A stretch of 61,481 bases of DNA, the filler included, from Sphacelaria rigidula (taxonomy: Eukaryota), in the NCBI GenBank assembly GCA_964200075.2. It is 9 parts of 9 records of this genome, joined end to end, with 100 filler letters (N's around TTAATTAATTAA, not from the genome) between each part and the next. Parts side by side here need not be neighbours in the genome. Positions count along the whole stretch, not along the records: positions 47,898 to 54,639 come from CAXNAA020018307.1; positions 54,740 to 61,481 come from CAXNAA020018308.1; 7 more parts are not named here. One strand, 5' to 3'. Below, one piece after another: positions 48,150-61,481 of the stretch. Under the pieces are notes generated by a model, which searched no databases, was not told the DNA's origin, and was given only the letters and a program-made list of their open reading frames with translations. The translations under genes and the position numbers were made by a program. Numbering within the stretch: the first letter of the stretch is position 1; each line of letters opens with the position of its first letter.

Positions 48150-49560
48150 CCCATCGCCATGATCACATCTTCTCCATATCATGGGCAATCAAGTAATTTG
48201 TGCCTCTTTTTCCCGCACTTGCCGCGGTACCTGTCCGGGCAGCCTCTCGCCCGATGCATCGTCATCTGCTGGCAGATGTAACAGCGCCCCTGCGTCGTAG
48301 CCGCCGATTGACCATCCGGCGGTGGCGTCGACAACTGGCTGCTTGTGACCTGATCACCGTCGTCACCATCTGAGCCCTAGCTCTTCCACCGTTTTCCCTC
48401 CCGGCATGGGCCGTTGGGTCTGGTGGGTCCTCTTGACAACAAGGGCCTGGACACCGGAGGACGTCTTCCTCCCTTCGTCGAGTCACTTTTTGAAACGTGT
48501 CGATTCGAAGCGCATTTGAATGGGCCCTACTACACATGTCCGCGTGAGGGGGCCCGCAAGGTCATGAGCCATGCTACGATAGAGGAGGAGGTATTCTGAA
48601 CCATTTCTGCCGCGAAAATTTACTTCAAACTGTCGTTGAAAGCGGCAACAACTATTATAACGGGCTCGATACTGATAAATAACGCTCATTGATACTGCTT
48701 GACACCACGTTTGCCGAAAAACGAGCACCTCGCAAGTGTATTTGTCTGACACACCGTTGCGACTTTTTTTCGTGGAGTCAAACACCTTTCCCCCCCTTTC
48801 GTAGCGTGACTCTCCTCCAGCATTTGCTTCTGGAGGTAGTACTCAGGAGAAAGGGCGTTGACAAATTTCATGAGGGATTTGTGCTTCCGACAGGTTGATG
48901 TGATCACCATACGATCTCAATTGTCTAGCCGCATCCTCCGTCTCGACTAGCTTATGTATCGGGTCATCTCGAACGCCAATTCTTACGTTATCATTCTTCT
49001 CCAGCAATGCTAGTCTAGCTCCGTTTGTCTTGGGACTACAGGACTCTTTTAGTTCACGCCATGCAGCCGCAGGGGAAGGGATTCGGAACAGAATATCCCA
49101 GTCTCTCTTACTGTCTAGACTTACAAACGGCATCCGCTTGGCGCTTATATTCGCAGCCACTGTTCACTTGCCGTGCCTTGCCTCCAAGTAATGCACTGAC
49201 AGCTCCATGTTTCCTACTTCCACATCATGTATATGAACCATTGTCAGATATGGTGAAAACCCAGTCAATACCTTCGCTTTTCGCAAAATGATAAGTTCGT
49301 GTTTATAATGAGAAAACGCCGCTCTATCTGGAAAATCTCGGCACAGTGGCCTTGGGGACGGGCACACAACTACATGATGCATACCCAGTCCGCCATGATC
49401 ATACATTGTGACCGACTCACGTGCGGAGTCCATGCCCCTTGCTCCGTCGCGTCCTGCCCTATGGTTACTTTTCGAGATGGAGCTCCCTGCTCGCTTTCGT
49501 GATAGCCCCGGTGGATGCCTGTCACGCTACGTTTGGTTGAGCTCTCCGCCTGTTGTTGCT
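48150..49560 (-). mobile_element. Ty1/Copia gag relic
   Basis: AAWRELKESCSPKTNGARLALLEK...DDPIHKLVETEDAARQL and KFVNALSPEY (UBN2-type gag). Zinc-knuckle remnant KCGKKRHKLLDCP near 48180-48225. Frameshifted. Confidence 0.75.
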
Positions 49561-49903
49561 GTTCTGCTGCTTGAGTTCCTCTCCCAGGAAACCCTTCGCT
49601 TTCGATGACGTGAACTCCACATACTCATGCGACAGCACCACACGAATACCACTTGTCCTTCCTGCGTGACGTATGGATATTTCTCGGAATACGGACGATG
49701 ACTGTTGCTTAGTAGCCTAGAAGCCTCGATCGTAGTCCTCTGTACAACTCTTTGCCATGTAAGTATTATTTTAACGCCACAAATCTCAGGATAAAAGCTG
49801 CCACGCATGATTCATGTCACGAATACGCGGAAGATTCAATACTATTGTACCCAACACGTATTGAGTTTCTACACACACATAATTATTGATCTCGCACAAA
49901 CTC

Positions 49904-50555
49904 TGTTACAAACAGACGGTATAGTGGTGGAGTTCTCAGTATTAGGCATCGCAACTGGCTTACAGGAAGACGATATGTCTCGTGGTCTCGAACAAGCATC
50001 CAGTTGAGTCAAATCACGCGCATGAAAATTCGTGATGATGACTGATATATACCATGTTGACTATGCCGGAACATGTTGCAAATACACCATCTGTTTGCGC
50101 ACTGAAACCCATTATTATAATAGTATCATGACGACATGGTTCGGGAATCCGTACTACTGTACTGTCTCACCGTGTTCAGCAACCAACCAGCAAATCATAG
50201 CAAGAGGGAATACGTCCAACGCAGTACAGTTCACCCGGAACGGCAATGATCTTGATCATAGCTCCATAAGCGATTCAGTTTCTCTTTCGTGGTGGTGGTT
50301 TTGATAGCCTCATCAATAGATTCACATAAGCTCTTTGCTCGTTTTTCATAAAGAGAGTAGAAACCAAGGGTCGCAGCGAGTCATGAAATCACGGCGCGCA
50401 CGGAGGCGTGTCTGCAACCGTTACAACGGACACCACTCCCTCTCCTCTAGTTGGAATACCCGTAGGTCATATCAACTAGCCCTCCGAGCCCATCAGTCGA
50501 ATAGCTGGACTCATCCTCGTACTACCCTCCCACCATTACGTCGTGATCCATAACA
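49904..50555 (-). repeat. Probable 3' LTR of the Gypsy relic
   Basis: On the minus strand the polypurine tract GAGGGAGGG directly precedes TGTTA at 50555. Candidate TAACA end at 49904 (tentative). Confidence 0.55.
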
Positions 50556-50689
50556 CCCTCCCTCAGGCCTAGGGTTGAAAAACCCTGGGACTGAACATGT
50601 TTCAACGATGGATCGCCGCGTTACCATGTTCCTCTTCCCCGAGTAATCGGCGTTGCTTCGTACAGCCGTCGATCTTGGCAACCGTTCTG

Positions 50690-51035
50690 CCGGGTTAGCC
50701 CACGTGGGGAATATAAACACCGTGCAAAACAATCTCGAACAATCTCGGCAACTCCTGCTCTTGTAGGTCTCTCTGCCGGGTTAGACCACGTAGGGAGTTA
50801 AAACACCGTACAGAAACGATCCCATCCAGTCCGGAGAAGTCCTTGATCTTGTTGACCGCTCCGCCGGGTTAGACCACGTAGGGAATTTAAACACCGTACA
50901 GAAACGATCCCATCCAGTCCGGAGAAGTCCTTGATCTTGTTGATTTCTTTGCCGGGTTAGACCACGTAGGGAATTTAAACACCGCACAGAAACGATCCCA
51001 TCCCGTCTGGAGAAGTCCATGATTCTTTTGACCGC
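50690..51035. repeat. 88-bp tandem array (3 conserved units plus 1 diverged) in the Gypsy 3' region
   Basis: CCGGGTTAGACCACGTAGGGA at 50776, 50864 and 50952. Diverged unit at 50690. Confidence 0.92.
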
Positions 51036-54000
51036 TCTGGGCTGTCCGTAAACCGTTTACGGATCTTGGTACCTCGGGGAATCTGCCGTGCGATTGAATC
51101 CCATTCTGCTCGAGGTGGTGTGTCAGATAAACGTGGCCTGGTCTGCGGGTGATATAATTCCCACAAGGCATGAAACACGTCCAATGGTAACCCAGTGAAA
51201 CTGTCCAAAGCCTCTCCTCTGAAAGCCAGTGTGGCTCAGCTCCGTCGTGAAACAGCCGTTGATGGTCCCACACTCACGACGATTCGAGGCCCAGCACTGC
51301 TTCCCTATCCGTTAGAGTATATAGTACAGGTGTGTACATGATGTCCCCAGCCAACCCTACATCTGCCGCGCCAAGCTAGCTAACAGACCTCGTCTGGAAA
51401 TGAGTGCTGCAGCTGTTCTGGGCGCACATGAAATCTCTTTGGGTTGGCCACGAACACCGTTCGCTCTTGTACTTTACGCACCTGCATTTTTGACCTCAAG
51501 ATTGAGACCTGGTATCACCACCTGCTGCGCCGTCCCTGGCCCAGTACACAAGTCGTGTACAATTTGGCCGGTACATCTTCGTTCAGAAGAGAGCTGTTAG
51601 ACTCTTTGACTAGCATAATATCTTATACCTTAACGCGCGATCCTGCCGACTGACGAATCATCTCGGCATTTTAGCTAATCTCACCTCTTCCCTACGCCGG
51701 TGGCGTTGGGTTAACAGCTCATGAACGTTCTTCAATTTTGTCGCTGTTGCTCTACCGTGTTATTCACCGGTAGGGATTTTGCTTCAGGTGGCACAGAGTC
51801 GACTTGGGTGCGAGGCTCGCGCTCAAAAGCAGCATTAATCGCGCTGGGTTATGCGGCAGTGACTGATCGGAAGTAGTGTGATGAATCCATACAACAGGAT
51901 GAACATACTCGTCCCACCATTCCAAACACTGCTTACATAGCTCGGCTAAAACGCCATGCAACCACTCTCCGTATCTTTTCACCACGCCCTGATCGCGAGG
52001 GTGATCTACGGGGCCATGATTAAGTTTCACGTTCATCCACATGGTATATACATGGTTTATTACTTCCGTAGTGAACTCCCCCCCAGCGTCACTTCAAACG
52101 AAATAGGGCGTTTCGAGCGTGAAGAACAGTTTCAGCAGACCCTTAACTACGTGCTCAGTAACCGTGGCTGCTAGTGGGAGAGCAAAAAGAACTTGGTCGC
52201 TCGATCCATAACAACCAACAAGTATCTATCACCAGAAGTAGAAATCTGCGTCGTGTTCGATGTGTTCATCTACATCATCTCCCAGAACTGCAAGAAGCGG
52301 GCGGGTCGCATCGCTACGGTGTGACTATTAGTACGTTTGTGTCGGAGACATCCACAAGACAGCACGAATTTGTGAGTGTCGGCGAAAAGACCGGATCACT
52401 CATAGCGTGCGTTGAACACTACATTCGTTTTCATCACTCCGGCGTGCTCATGCGTAGTGTGCACCAAGGCGAGCAGGCTAGGCACTAGACTGCGTGGAAT
52501 TGCTAACTTACCTGGCGCCCTAGGTGAGGTATACCATAGAAGATCATCATCATTTTGGAACGTACGCTTCCTGCCTCTTACCTATTTCTTCGTCCTTATT
52601 CTCCTACATCAAACTATCCCTGATGGGCCCAAGCCGGGAGCCCCGCTCTTGCAGCAAAACTAGTTGCGGCTTGTTCATCAGAATCGTTCTCGCCTGCTCG
52701 AGAACGGTCTGAGAGCTACCTTTACCTGGTATCCGTGGCTCCTCAGTTGGAGCCTCTCCCCCACCAGGGTCTTGGTCTGACTTCTGCTCTGCCTCTTGAA
52801 CCAACGAACGAGTAATAGCGGCTCCCCGAGCCTCTGGTAACTCTGCTTCGTCACGAGGCCACATCGTGGCGAGCGTGCTCAAATTTTCATCCTCACCCTG
52901 GATATGAGTCAGGCTAAACAAACCTTCCGCTTCCACTAGATAGAACCGCCTTCACCATCCACGGGTCAACGAAATTAGCCACAATCTATGGCATGGCGTC
53001 GTTATTTAGCGGGGGTGGTGTCTCGTAACAGTCGAGAATAGTCGCAACTTTAATCAAATCGCCCCTTTCCAGCTCGACTGCTTCTTCCTATCCACCTGCG
53101 TCCGCCCTACGGGGTCTGAATTCCTCGCGCCTTGGTTTCCATTTCGTCAGCTGGAAACGAGATAATCTGGGCGTCGGATTGTCGGAAGTGTGCATCGCCT
53201 TGCCCTGTACTGTCGGCAACAGAAAAATAAATATACCTGTCCGCCCTAATCGCTAACCCAACGTGGAGCATGCGACGGCGTACGCTTCCACTCGCTGCTT
53301 CCACGCTCGCACTTGTCCTTCCCTCCGACGACCAGCTTTCAAGGCGACCACACAGGTCCGTCTCTTCCGATACGGTGCGCCCACCTGCACGGCTGAGACT
53401 GAGGCCTACTCGGTGAGACACCCAGCTCCGCTTAACACCGGGCAAAAAGCTCGTTCCCACCAGGAGAGCGCACCATCACAGCAGTACTCTCCAAGATCAG
53501 CATTGTCACAGAGGTTGATGAGAGGAATTACTCGACCAACTCTTTGGCGGCGCTTGCTAACACGGACTCCGGCTCGGCCCATTCGATTGGTGCAACCCGA
53601 CTTATATCCCCTACCAATACTTCTGGTTGTACTTCTTCCACAAGGTTGTGGAAAGAACCGCGCCCCGGGCTCGTACGTACCAGTCTGACTCCCTTCCCAA
53701 TCCGGTTTAGTCCAACACAATCAAACGCCTTCCAGTACGCATCAGCGTATCACTTCCACGAACTCTTTGGCTACCAAAATACTTCCTCCACCTCCAACTG
53801 GAAAAGCCCGTTTGCTAAAATCAACACTCGTAGAGTACTTGGATTCTGCTAGCCCACTATACATGGTCTGCATATCCCTCAAACTGCCGCTGTATGACTC
53901 CAGAAGTTGGTTCAGTCGACGATAATCTTGACATAGTCGTCAACTACCGCCCGTCCTTTTTTCGGACCGTGACGCAGGCGGCTGCCCATGCTAGCGTCGA

Positions 54001-54600
54001 TCGCACGTAGCCCGGGACTAGCTTGTCAGCGAAACCTTCTGAGCTTACGTCTACCATTGAATGCAGCAGCCACTGCAGCGTAGCATTGTCCTCCCACGCC
54101 GCTCCAGGGCTTTTCCACACTTCATTCGATGCTTCCAGTTCCCTCCGACCAGATAACCTTCCTGACGAGTCGTCACCGAGCGCGCCTGACTTGACAGCAC
54201 GGAAAAGGTCCAAAGTTGCCGAATCTCCTTGGCTGGTGAGGTGGTTGGTGTCAACAGCTCCGAGTTTTGGGGGACTGTTCGACACGAACCGTACTCACGG
54301 CGCCTCCGGCGAAGGCCGAAATCTCGATCGCCCTTCGAAAGATAACGTGCTCTTGTTTCTCCTGAAGAAACTCGCTCCTCAAATAAATCCACATGGTAAT
54401 CCATGGATCACCCGGACCCATATCTTTATTAACTTATCCTCTGTGTAGAAACGAATAGGAATTACCGCTGACCCTATCATCTTCATCGGGGGTATCTTAC
54501 TGGTACTAGGAGTAGCAGACCTCAAAATTCCTGCTCCCTGTCGTTGCAACTTATTTGCTATATTACCCCACGTTACCAACAACCTCCACCACTGTTTCGA
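51036..54600 (-). mobile_element. Ty3/Gypsy pol relic (protease, RT, integrase), degenerate
   Basis: Protease end (HGLPCGFI*GASFF). RT start WAAACVTVRKKDG...CQDYRRLN...SVD. Integrase LAIPRSLVPSLLALVH...HAGV, RYLLVVMDRATKF and DQGVVKR...WDEYV. Order is PR-RT-INT. Many stops and frameshifts. Confidence 0.9.
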
Positions 54601-54607
54601 TGCATAG

Positions 54608-54639
<32 letters not shown>

Positions 54640-54789
54640 NNNNNNNNNNNNNNNNNNNNNNNNNNNNNNNNNNNNNNNNNNNNTTAATTAATTAANNNNN
54701 NNNNNNNNNNNNNNNNNNNNNNNNNNNNNNNNNNNNNNNAGACGCCGACGCCCGGCCTCGCTCTTTTTTCTGTAGCCAACCCTCGCATG

Positions 54790-55875
54790 GTCCCCCCCCC
54801 CCCCCCCCCCCAACGAGTGTTGCGAATGCCAGTCGCTTCGGTAGTCCTCCGTCCACTTGTCTAGCCAGGGCTCCCGCGAATAGCAGTCGCCGTTGCCGGA
54901 CGAGGGCTTCAGCACTTTGACATCCGGTCTTCTTGAAGGCCTGAGGGTAAGATAACTGTCGGTATGTGCCACGCACTCGGCGGTACCCGATATCTCGCAG
55001 AAGAGGCCAGTAGTGTACCGTCCTCAGCAACCGGTAGTGCTCGCGGCGCGGGGCCCACGTCATGCATCCGTTCAGTAGCGGCTCAATCGCATCTGCCTTC
55101 AGGCAGTCGGACCTCGAGTTCCCGCGGTGGTTTCGGTCGGTCAAGGAGCTCTCGGGAAAACCTTCTGATGCACACCCACGCGACTCTGCGATGCTTGATG
55201 ATCTCTTGTGTGCGCTCGACATCTTCGGTGACGAGCCCACCCAACTATCGAAACTTCGTGGTCTGTGCGTACTTCTAGCCCGCTGCTTCGATGGCCAGTG
55301 GGGGTGGGGGTGGGGGTGGTGCCCCCCCCCCTCTGGGGCAATTTTTCCGTTACAGTAGAGTCTCGGTCCTCGGACACCGTCAGTCCGAAGGCCCCAAACG
55401 CGCGTGCTATAACGTTCATCATCCTCGCCAGGCCGTCAGGGGACCTCGAGACGACGGCCGCGTCATGGGTATATACAGTTATCATCCCCCACACCGCTAT
55501 CCGTACGCGTTCCAGAGTTGTCTCCGTCTCCCTCACCGTCTCCTCGTCGAGGTATACCATGTCCTTGAGGATGATGCCGTCCTTGCTGAATTGCACGAGA
55601 ACCATAAAGAGCGCCGCAGCGAAGAAGATGTTGAACAGCAGCGGAGATAGCACACACCCTTGCCGTAGTCGTTGGGTGACCTCAAACCACTCCGAGAGCG
55701 CCCCGTCGTCCATGCGTACTCGGGCCTGCATGTCATCGTGGAATTGGCGAATAACTGCCATCATCTCATCCTGAATCCCAGCTCGGGCGAGCACCTGCTA
55801 TAGAAGCTCTCGGTCGACCGAATCATACGCCTTTTGGAGGTCGACGAAGCACATGTATAGTAGTTTTCTCCGTCT
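54790..55875 (-). mobile_element. RTE-clade LINE reverse transcriptase fragment (pseudogenised)
   Basis: LYMCFVDLQKAYDSVDRELL*QVLAR...[24 protein letters not shown]...[16 protein letters not shown] and a degraded YADD (YTHD). Downstream LLNGCMTW...RQRRLLFAGALAR...LPKRL. Confidence 0.93.
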
Positions 55876-56780
55876 CCGTGTGGTATTGGAGCAAAAAAAC
55901 AGTTTTTGGACGTTTCCACCCACACGCGTTTGCACGTATATGTCGAAAATACGGTTTTGGCTCTAGGACGCTGAGAATGAAGAAAATCTCCTTGATTTTT
56001 AATTACGTGCTCGTAGTTGGTGCCACAAACGTACCGAAATTGGTGTACTTCGTTTTGTTTTGCGGGAGATATGGCGATTCTTGATTTTCAGAATCTCATC
56101 CTACAGATATCGGTCATCCTACGCTTCTATTTCACATTGTTTGATGGAGTTCGCGACACCGTAAATCGACCCATGTTGCTGCTTTATCTATATTGCTCGT
56201 AGCTTCTCCGCGTTTCTATCAGTGTTTCAGAAGCTGTCTTGACAAGACCTGAAGAATCCACAGGATGTGAAAAACTATACGGTAAATAATGTATGTATCG
56301 ATCAAGAAGAAAAATCGCGTCAGATCAAACCTCTCTGGCTGGTACGTGGTTTACTGCGGCATTTTTAACTGACAGGGCATGGGGTGTGCCCCTAGGAGAG
56401 GCTAGTCAACCCGCGTTGGGCTACATACAAATGTCAATGGTTGACACATTTCACCAGTACAGACTTGAAGCAAGTGATGTGTCAACCATGAACATTTATA
56501 GCCCAACGCCGGTTAACTCTCATGCGCAGCGTACAACGAGAAGATGCGGCGGATGTTGCCAGCCAGCGGCAAATTACTCAAAAATATATATACGATCCGC
56601 CGATATGGGGGGAAATTACAATGAGATGTACACTGTATCTCAAGCTCGAGGTTCCCGCTACAGTTGACAGTAATCTTTAGTACTGTCAACTATACCGGGA
56701 ACCTGATATCTAGGCAGCTCCTTAGACCATTTTTCAATGGCAACAAATTCGTATTTGCACAAATAGGACAATTTCAGCCC

Positions 56781-56990
56781 GTCGACGAGAGAAAGGGACT
56801 GCTGAACCCCTCTCGCGATAAAGAATAAAGGCAAGCACCGCAGAAGGAAGGTGGAGTAGTAAAAACAAATAAATAAATAAAAGTCCTGTGTTGCCCTTCC
56901 TCCTGTGCGACCCTGGCTGGTGCGCCCACATATATCGAAAGGTATAGACTGGCGTCCAGAATAGATGGGACAACACACACACACACACAC
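56781..56990 (+). mobile_element. SINE family A, 3' half
   Basis: Shared body and (CA)n tail. Confidence 0.8.
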
Positions 56991-56992
56991 TT

Positions 56993-57429
56993 TGGGCGAT
57001 TTTCTCCCGTGGATTGATTTTTCCGACCCCAGTCCGTTGTGCGATGTTATTCGGCTAGCTGTGAGGAAGCCAGATCACTTCTCCAATTATCTGACGTTAA
57101 CTTTTGGTATACCGCCTTTCTGCTCAGGTGCGGGACTTGAAAAAACCAGATCACTTCTGCAATTCTCTACACGTTGACTTTTGGTTCACCTCTCTGCTCG
57201 GATGCGGGACTTGAGGAAACCAGATCAACTGTCCGATTCTCTGAACGTTGACTTTTGGTGTACCACTTTTTTACTCAGATGCGGAAGTTCCGCATCCGAC
57301 CAGAAAAGTGGTGAACCAAAAGTCAACGTCCAGAGAATCGGACATAGATCTGGTTTTCTCAGAGCTAGCTGAATAACATTGCCCAACAGACTGGGGTCCG
57401 AAAAATCAATCCGCGGGAGAAATCGCCTG
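56993..57429. mobile_element. Palindromic MITE (Tc1/mariner-like right end CTG|TA) with internal sub-repeats
   Basis: GGCGATTTTCTCCCGTGGATTGATTTTTCCGACCCCAGTC is complementary to 57388-57427. CCAGATC...ACGTTGACTTTTGGT motif occurs three times forward and once inverted. Confidence 0.8.
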
Positions 57430-59694
57430 TAACGGGCTGAACTCCCCACATATGTACAAATACATATTGGTTATCATGAAAAATGGTGTAAGTGAGGGTG
57501 GATCTTTGTTTAGAGGTGTTTGGATATATGTTGAACTCGAGATTCCAGGTATACTCAACAGTAATTTCCTCTTGAATATATCGGGAACCTCCAGGTTTTG
57601 ATATCTCTATTGGCTGAAATACATATTTTCACCCTTTTTAGTAACAACGGGGAAAACGAGTCGACTGAAGTGGAGTAGTTGAACATGAACGACGTGGGTG
57701 GTGGGTGGGCTGATTCATGCAGGATTCTCCTCTCGGGAATCACAGCACTTATTTTTACATCGCAGCAGCAGTAGTTGGGAACGACTAATGTCATGAACAA
57801 CAAAACGCACGAGGGATGGGCCAAAGACCTATCGTAGATATCCTTCCACCGCCCACCTTCCACCTCGTACGGTAGGCGTTTTCCGCCTTGACGCCAGCCA
57901 AAAGATGGCCATAAGATGAGCGTACAAGCCTTCTTTGGCTTGTGTAACCCTTGGACTGCAAGGGTAATTTATCTGGATCGTGGATACCCTTTCGAAGTGA
58001 AATTAAAACCGATTCAACGGATGACCTACTGTCGCCGTGTAGGGGTTAACCCTTACACGGCGAAATTAGGTCGTCTCATGAATCGGCATTAATTTTACTC
58101 GAAAAAAAGTATGATCCAGATGGGCTAACCCCCTCGCAGTCTACGAGTAGCGGTTGAACGATTTTTGAGTCGTGAGCGAAAATGACATCGATTTCGATTG
58201 TTGATTCTCGATTTTCGATGGTGATGCACGTGGATCTGACACCTCCAACGGAAATACTCCGTAGACATGATAGTTCACTCGAGCTGATGACGACCAACAG
58301 CTGGCAAACATGCTGATGATGTAAATCGCAGTGCACCCCGGAGAGTGCTCGGTTGGCCCGCACGGTACAGTGATTTCACAACATCGCTGATTACATCAAG
58401 TACAAATCCGTGACGAACGATTTCTGGCGAACTGCTCAGCACAAGTGATGGTCAAACTGCGCACTTGGGGGATCGGCGTGAAGATCGTTGATGCTCGCCG
58501 AACTCGACCGCAAAGTCACGTGACCAAAGCAGCGTGTACACTAGCTCCAGTGCAATCAGGCTACTGCTACAATCCACGGGTGTGCCGTATTTGCGTTCCA
58601 TTCCGGGCGGATGTACGTGATCTTGCACGATGATGACCTGCTGAGCTGTTGGGCACACGTGTGCGTCTCGAAACGCTCTGATGGGCATTGGCGTCCAGGT
58701 GAGTTTGCGCTGCCTTCAAGGCAAGCTTGCACCAGCGTCCAGGCAAAATCTTCACACCTACTTCGAATCGACGTGGATGATCAGCGCGAAGCGGATTCTG
58801 AGGTCTGAGGATCGAGCACGAATCGTTTCGATCGGGGTATTATACCAAACTCAACGTTACCAGGATATTCAACACAATTTACAGCAGTCAACTTTTAAAT
58901 TTAGGTATGCCTTATGCCGGGGGTAATTAGCCTGTGACCACGGAAGGCGTCCGCACCAGATGCTCAGTACAGAGTACTACGCAGATCTCGGAACGGTTTC
59001 TAATATAAGGACAAGAACAAGAACAAAAACAACAGCAGCAGCAAGAACGACAAGTCGACACTGGTCAACGCTTTTTATTCAGTAGCACGCCCAGCTTGAA
59101 TTTTTCGACTTCGGGGTGTCGGGGGGATCTTCCTGCAAAGTGGTGCACGCCTTTCACCTCGAGTATATTCATCCGCAAAACCTTACGCCGTTTTTTGGAG
59201 TTGGACCGTTCCTCATGTTTTTTGTTGGGACATGATATACAGGTGTTGGCCCTGAGAACAGTGAATATCGTCCAGTAGACCTTCGAGAAGAAATGCCCGT
59301 GAACATTGGTCGGTACTCGATTTTACTTGATTTCATACTGAAGAACGCTGTGAGAAAATTTATGGTTGACAGGTGAGCAGTGGTGAGCGGTACAAAAGAC
59401 CCAGCTCGTCCAGAACGTGTTTTGGTCCAAAGTCGGCGCCTGCGGCGTCGATTCGAGCTCTGGCCACGCACACTTTGCTTAGGAAACACTGTGCACCCCC
59501 CTTGCCCGAGGGTTCTCGGTATGCCTTGGTCGGGGTTAGGGTTGGCGGCATCCCCACTGTAGTATCAACCGTTGTTTACAGACATTTCTTCAAGTGACTC
59601 CATATCGTCATCACATGTTTTGAGCACTTTGCATCTCCCCACCGAGAGGAGTCTAGTCCACGTTTTGTATTCGCTTGGCTTCGAGATTTCGAGA

Positions 59695-60427
59695 TTGGTT
59701 GTGTTGTAGAGGGTACGGGTATGTTCAGTAGTATGTGGGATTCCTCATAGAACTTCCAGAGCCTATTGGATAGGGCATGTATGAAAGACTTACAGAACTC
59801 ACAGAACTTGTCGGGTAGGGTGTGAAAGTTACGCAGGAAACCGAACGCGCAACCGGGTATTTTCACGAGGGTATACCCGCGCCACGGGTAAGGGTAAACA
59901 ATTCGTTCAGGTCTCACGCTACTGTATAGTGTATGAAATATCCAAGTTTGATTAATTTGTGGGTGTTTGTTGGGTGGGGTTTCATCGATGGGGGGTTTGA
60001 GGCACAAGCTCAGGTTATCAGATTGGATCGGGATTGAACCTATATCCATACCTTCCCCGGGTACATTCCTGCTCTCGTACCTGCATCGGCTATATCTTGA
60101 AGGGTACATACCCCAACCCCGGGTTGGGGGTATGGGAGGCATACAGAACTTACAGAACTGTCGGGTAAGGGTATGATAGTCTTACAGAAGTTACAGAATT
60201 TGCCGGGTAGGATGTAAAGGTCACACAGACAACCGTACCCGCAACCGGGAATTCTTATGAGGGTATACCCGTGACCCGGGTAGGGGTATGGGAGGCTTAA
60301 GAAGCCACATAACTATTGGGTGGGGGTATGAACGTCGTACAGCAGTCACAGAACTGTCGGGTACGGGTAATACCCGGGGAAATACCCTGGGTACACAAAA
60401 AAACATACTCTACAGAACACAACCTTG
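59695..60427. mobile_element. Non-autonomous DNA element with repeated GGGTA(C/G)GGGTA and CAGAACTT motifs (hAT-like)
   Basis: Ends GGTTGTGTTGTAGAG / CTCTACAGAACACAACC are inverted. No clear TSD. Confidence 0.5.
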
Positions 60428-61481
60428 CAAAAATCCACTCGGACATGGAAAAGTACCGTGTCTACAGATTTCTTCATTGATTTGTTCAATATTTTCACAT
60501 CGTGCTCACATTTATCATGTCCAGTTGGATTTTGTTCAGAGGAAATGTTCGAAACCTCAGAGCCGAGCAAATCGGAAAAAGTGGACTAGACTCCTTTTGG
60601 TGGGGTGGTGCTTAACTCCAAGACATGTGATGGTGATGTTCCCTGTTTGAGGGCCAAAATGTGGGTCAAATGTCCCGAAACTGAAGACCGCCCCCCCCAA
60701 AAAAAAAAGAAGAAAAGAAAAGCGGTCCGAGACTCTGAAAAATTACCGAGATATACTATGCGGACATGACAAAATTTTCGAGGGCAGGTCGGGTAGGGTA
60801 CACCCGATATTTGGATATTTTTGAAAGGTGGAGATCCGAGTCATCCCCATAACGACAACTAGCTCAGCGCTGTTGTTCCCCTCTCTAAAGCCCATTCAAG
60901 CCATTGTAACTGACTTGGGCAGGTGATGATGTCCGACTTTTCAAAAAACTAAAATGTTGAGTATACCCTCCGACCACCCCTAGGAGACTGTTGATGGACG
61001 ATGCGTTTTCACCTGTTATCGAGGGGTCCCAAGGTGTTGGGGGTGCGAGGTCAATGATCATATGAATACGTCATGCAAGATCGTGAATAACCCCCCTCCC
61101 CTCCCCTCCCCTTTCTCACCTACTCTAAACATCAAACGCCAACTTCAGGGCTCCGGTGTCTTGATATCAATTGTCGGGTACCCTTGATGCATGCACCGCA
61201 TGATATCCCCTTACCCTCGCGCGCCAGTCATGTGCGGCCATGACATATACCCAAACGCGTTAACTTAGATTGATTTTCCACAGACGTTGGTGGCTTAGAT
61301 GCACACCCCACCAACGCAGTCTATCGCACTTGGCTGTCGCGAGGTGGTCAAACCGAGCCTCCGGGTAATTGGTACCCGGTTCTGTTCGCGGGGTAAGTGC
61401 TGGGTAATGTTTCACGGTTAGGATAAATCATCACGACTCAAAATCACCAAATTCACGATTTCTTCGGCCTGATTGCCCAAA

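Noticed and set aside
50690..51035. Possible CRISPR array
   Set aside because: Whole 88-bp units repeat with no unique spacers, there are no cas genes, and the context is an LTR retrotransposon.
58370..58800. Possible hAT transposase C-terminal remnant
   Set aside because: Only vague FW/WA motifs with frameshifts; not supportable by eye.

Overview
This window is not one locus. It is nine unlinked contigs of 6742-6743 bp joined by identical 100-bp artificial linkers (44 N + TTAATTAATTAA + 44 N), so no synteny can be read across linkers. The DNA is eukaryotic, intron-rich and repeat-rich. Short GT-AG exons, kb-long introns and the gene content suggest a stramenopile, most likely a brown alga (inference). 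Most ORFs in the supplied track are spurious. Host exons identified by reading, with matching intron phases where several exons were found: exosome subunit RRP4 (2 exons, +), a small cysteine-rich peptide (last exon, +), a LAG1-type ceramide synthase (2 exons, -), a bacterial-HDAH-like class II deacetylase (2 exons, -), a CBM32/F5-8C plus thaumatin-like fusion (4 exons, +) and the disordered C-terminus of an unknown protein (2 exons, +). All genes are partial. The rest is transposon-derived: tRNA-headed SINEs, a C-tailed LINE and a structured-head non-autonomous element sharing its tail, RTE, Gypsy and Copia relics, a Mutator-like element with a perfect 9-bp TSD, and MITEs of Harbinger, pogo, hAT, Sola-like, EnSpm-like and TGT-ended types. 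The best leads are the CBM32-thaumatin fusion and the C-tailed retroposon pair, whose non-autonomous member has a 5' head that can be folded like an SRP Alu domain. Family assignments rest on motif recognition by eye; no database search was run.
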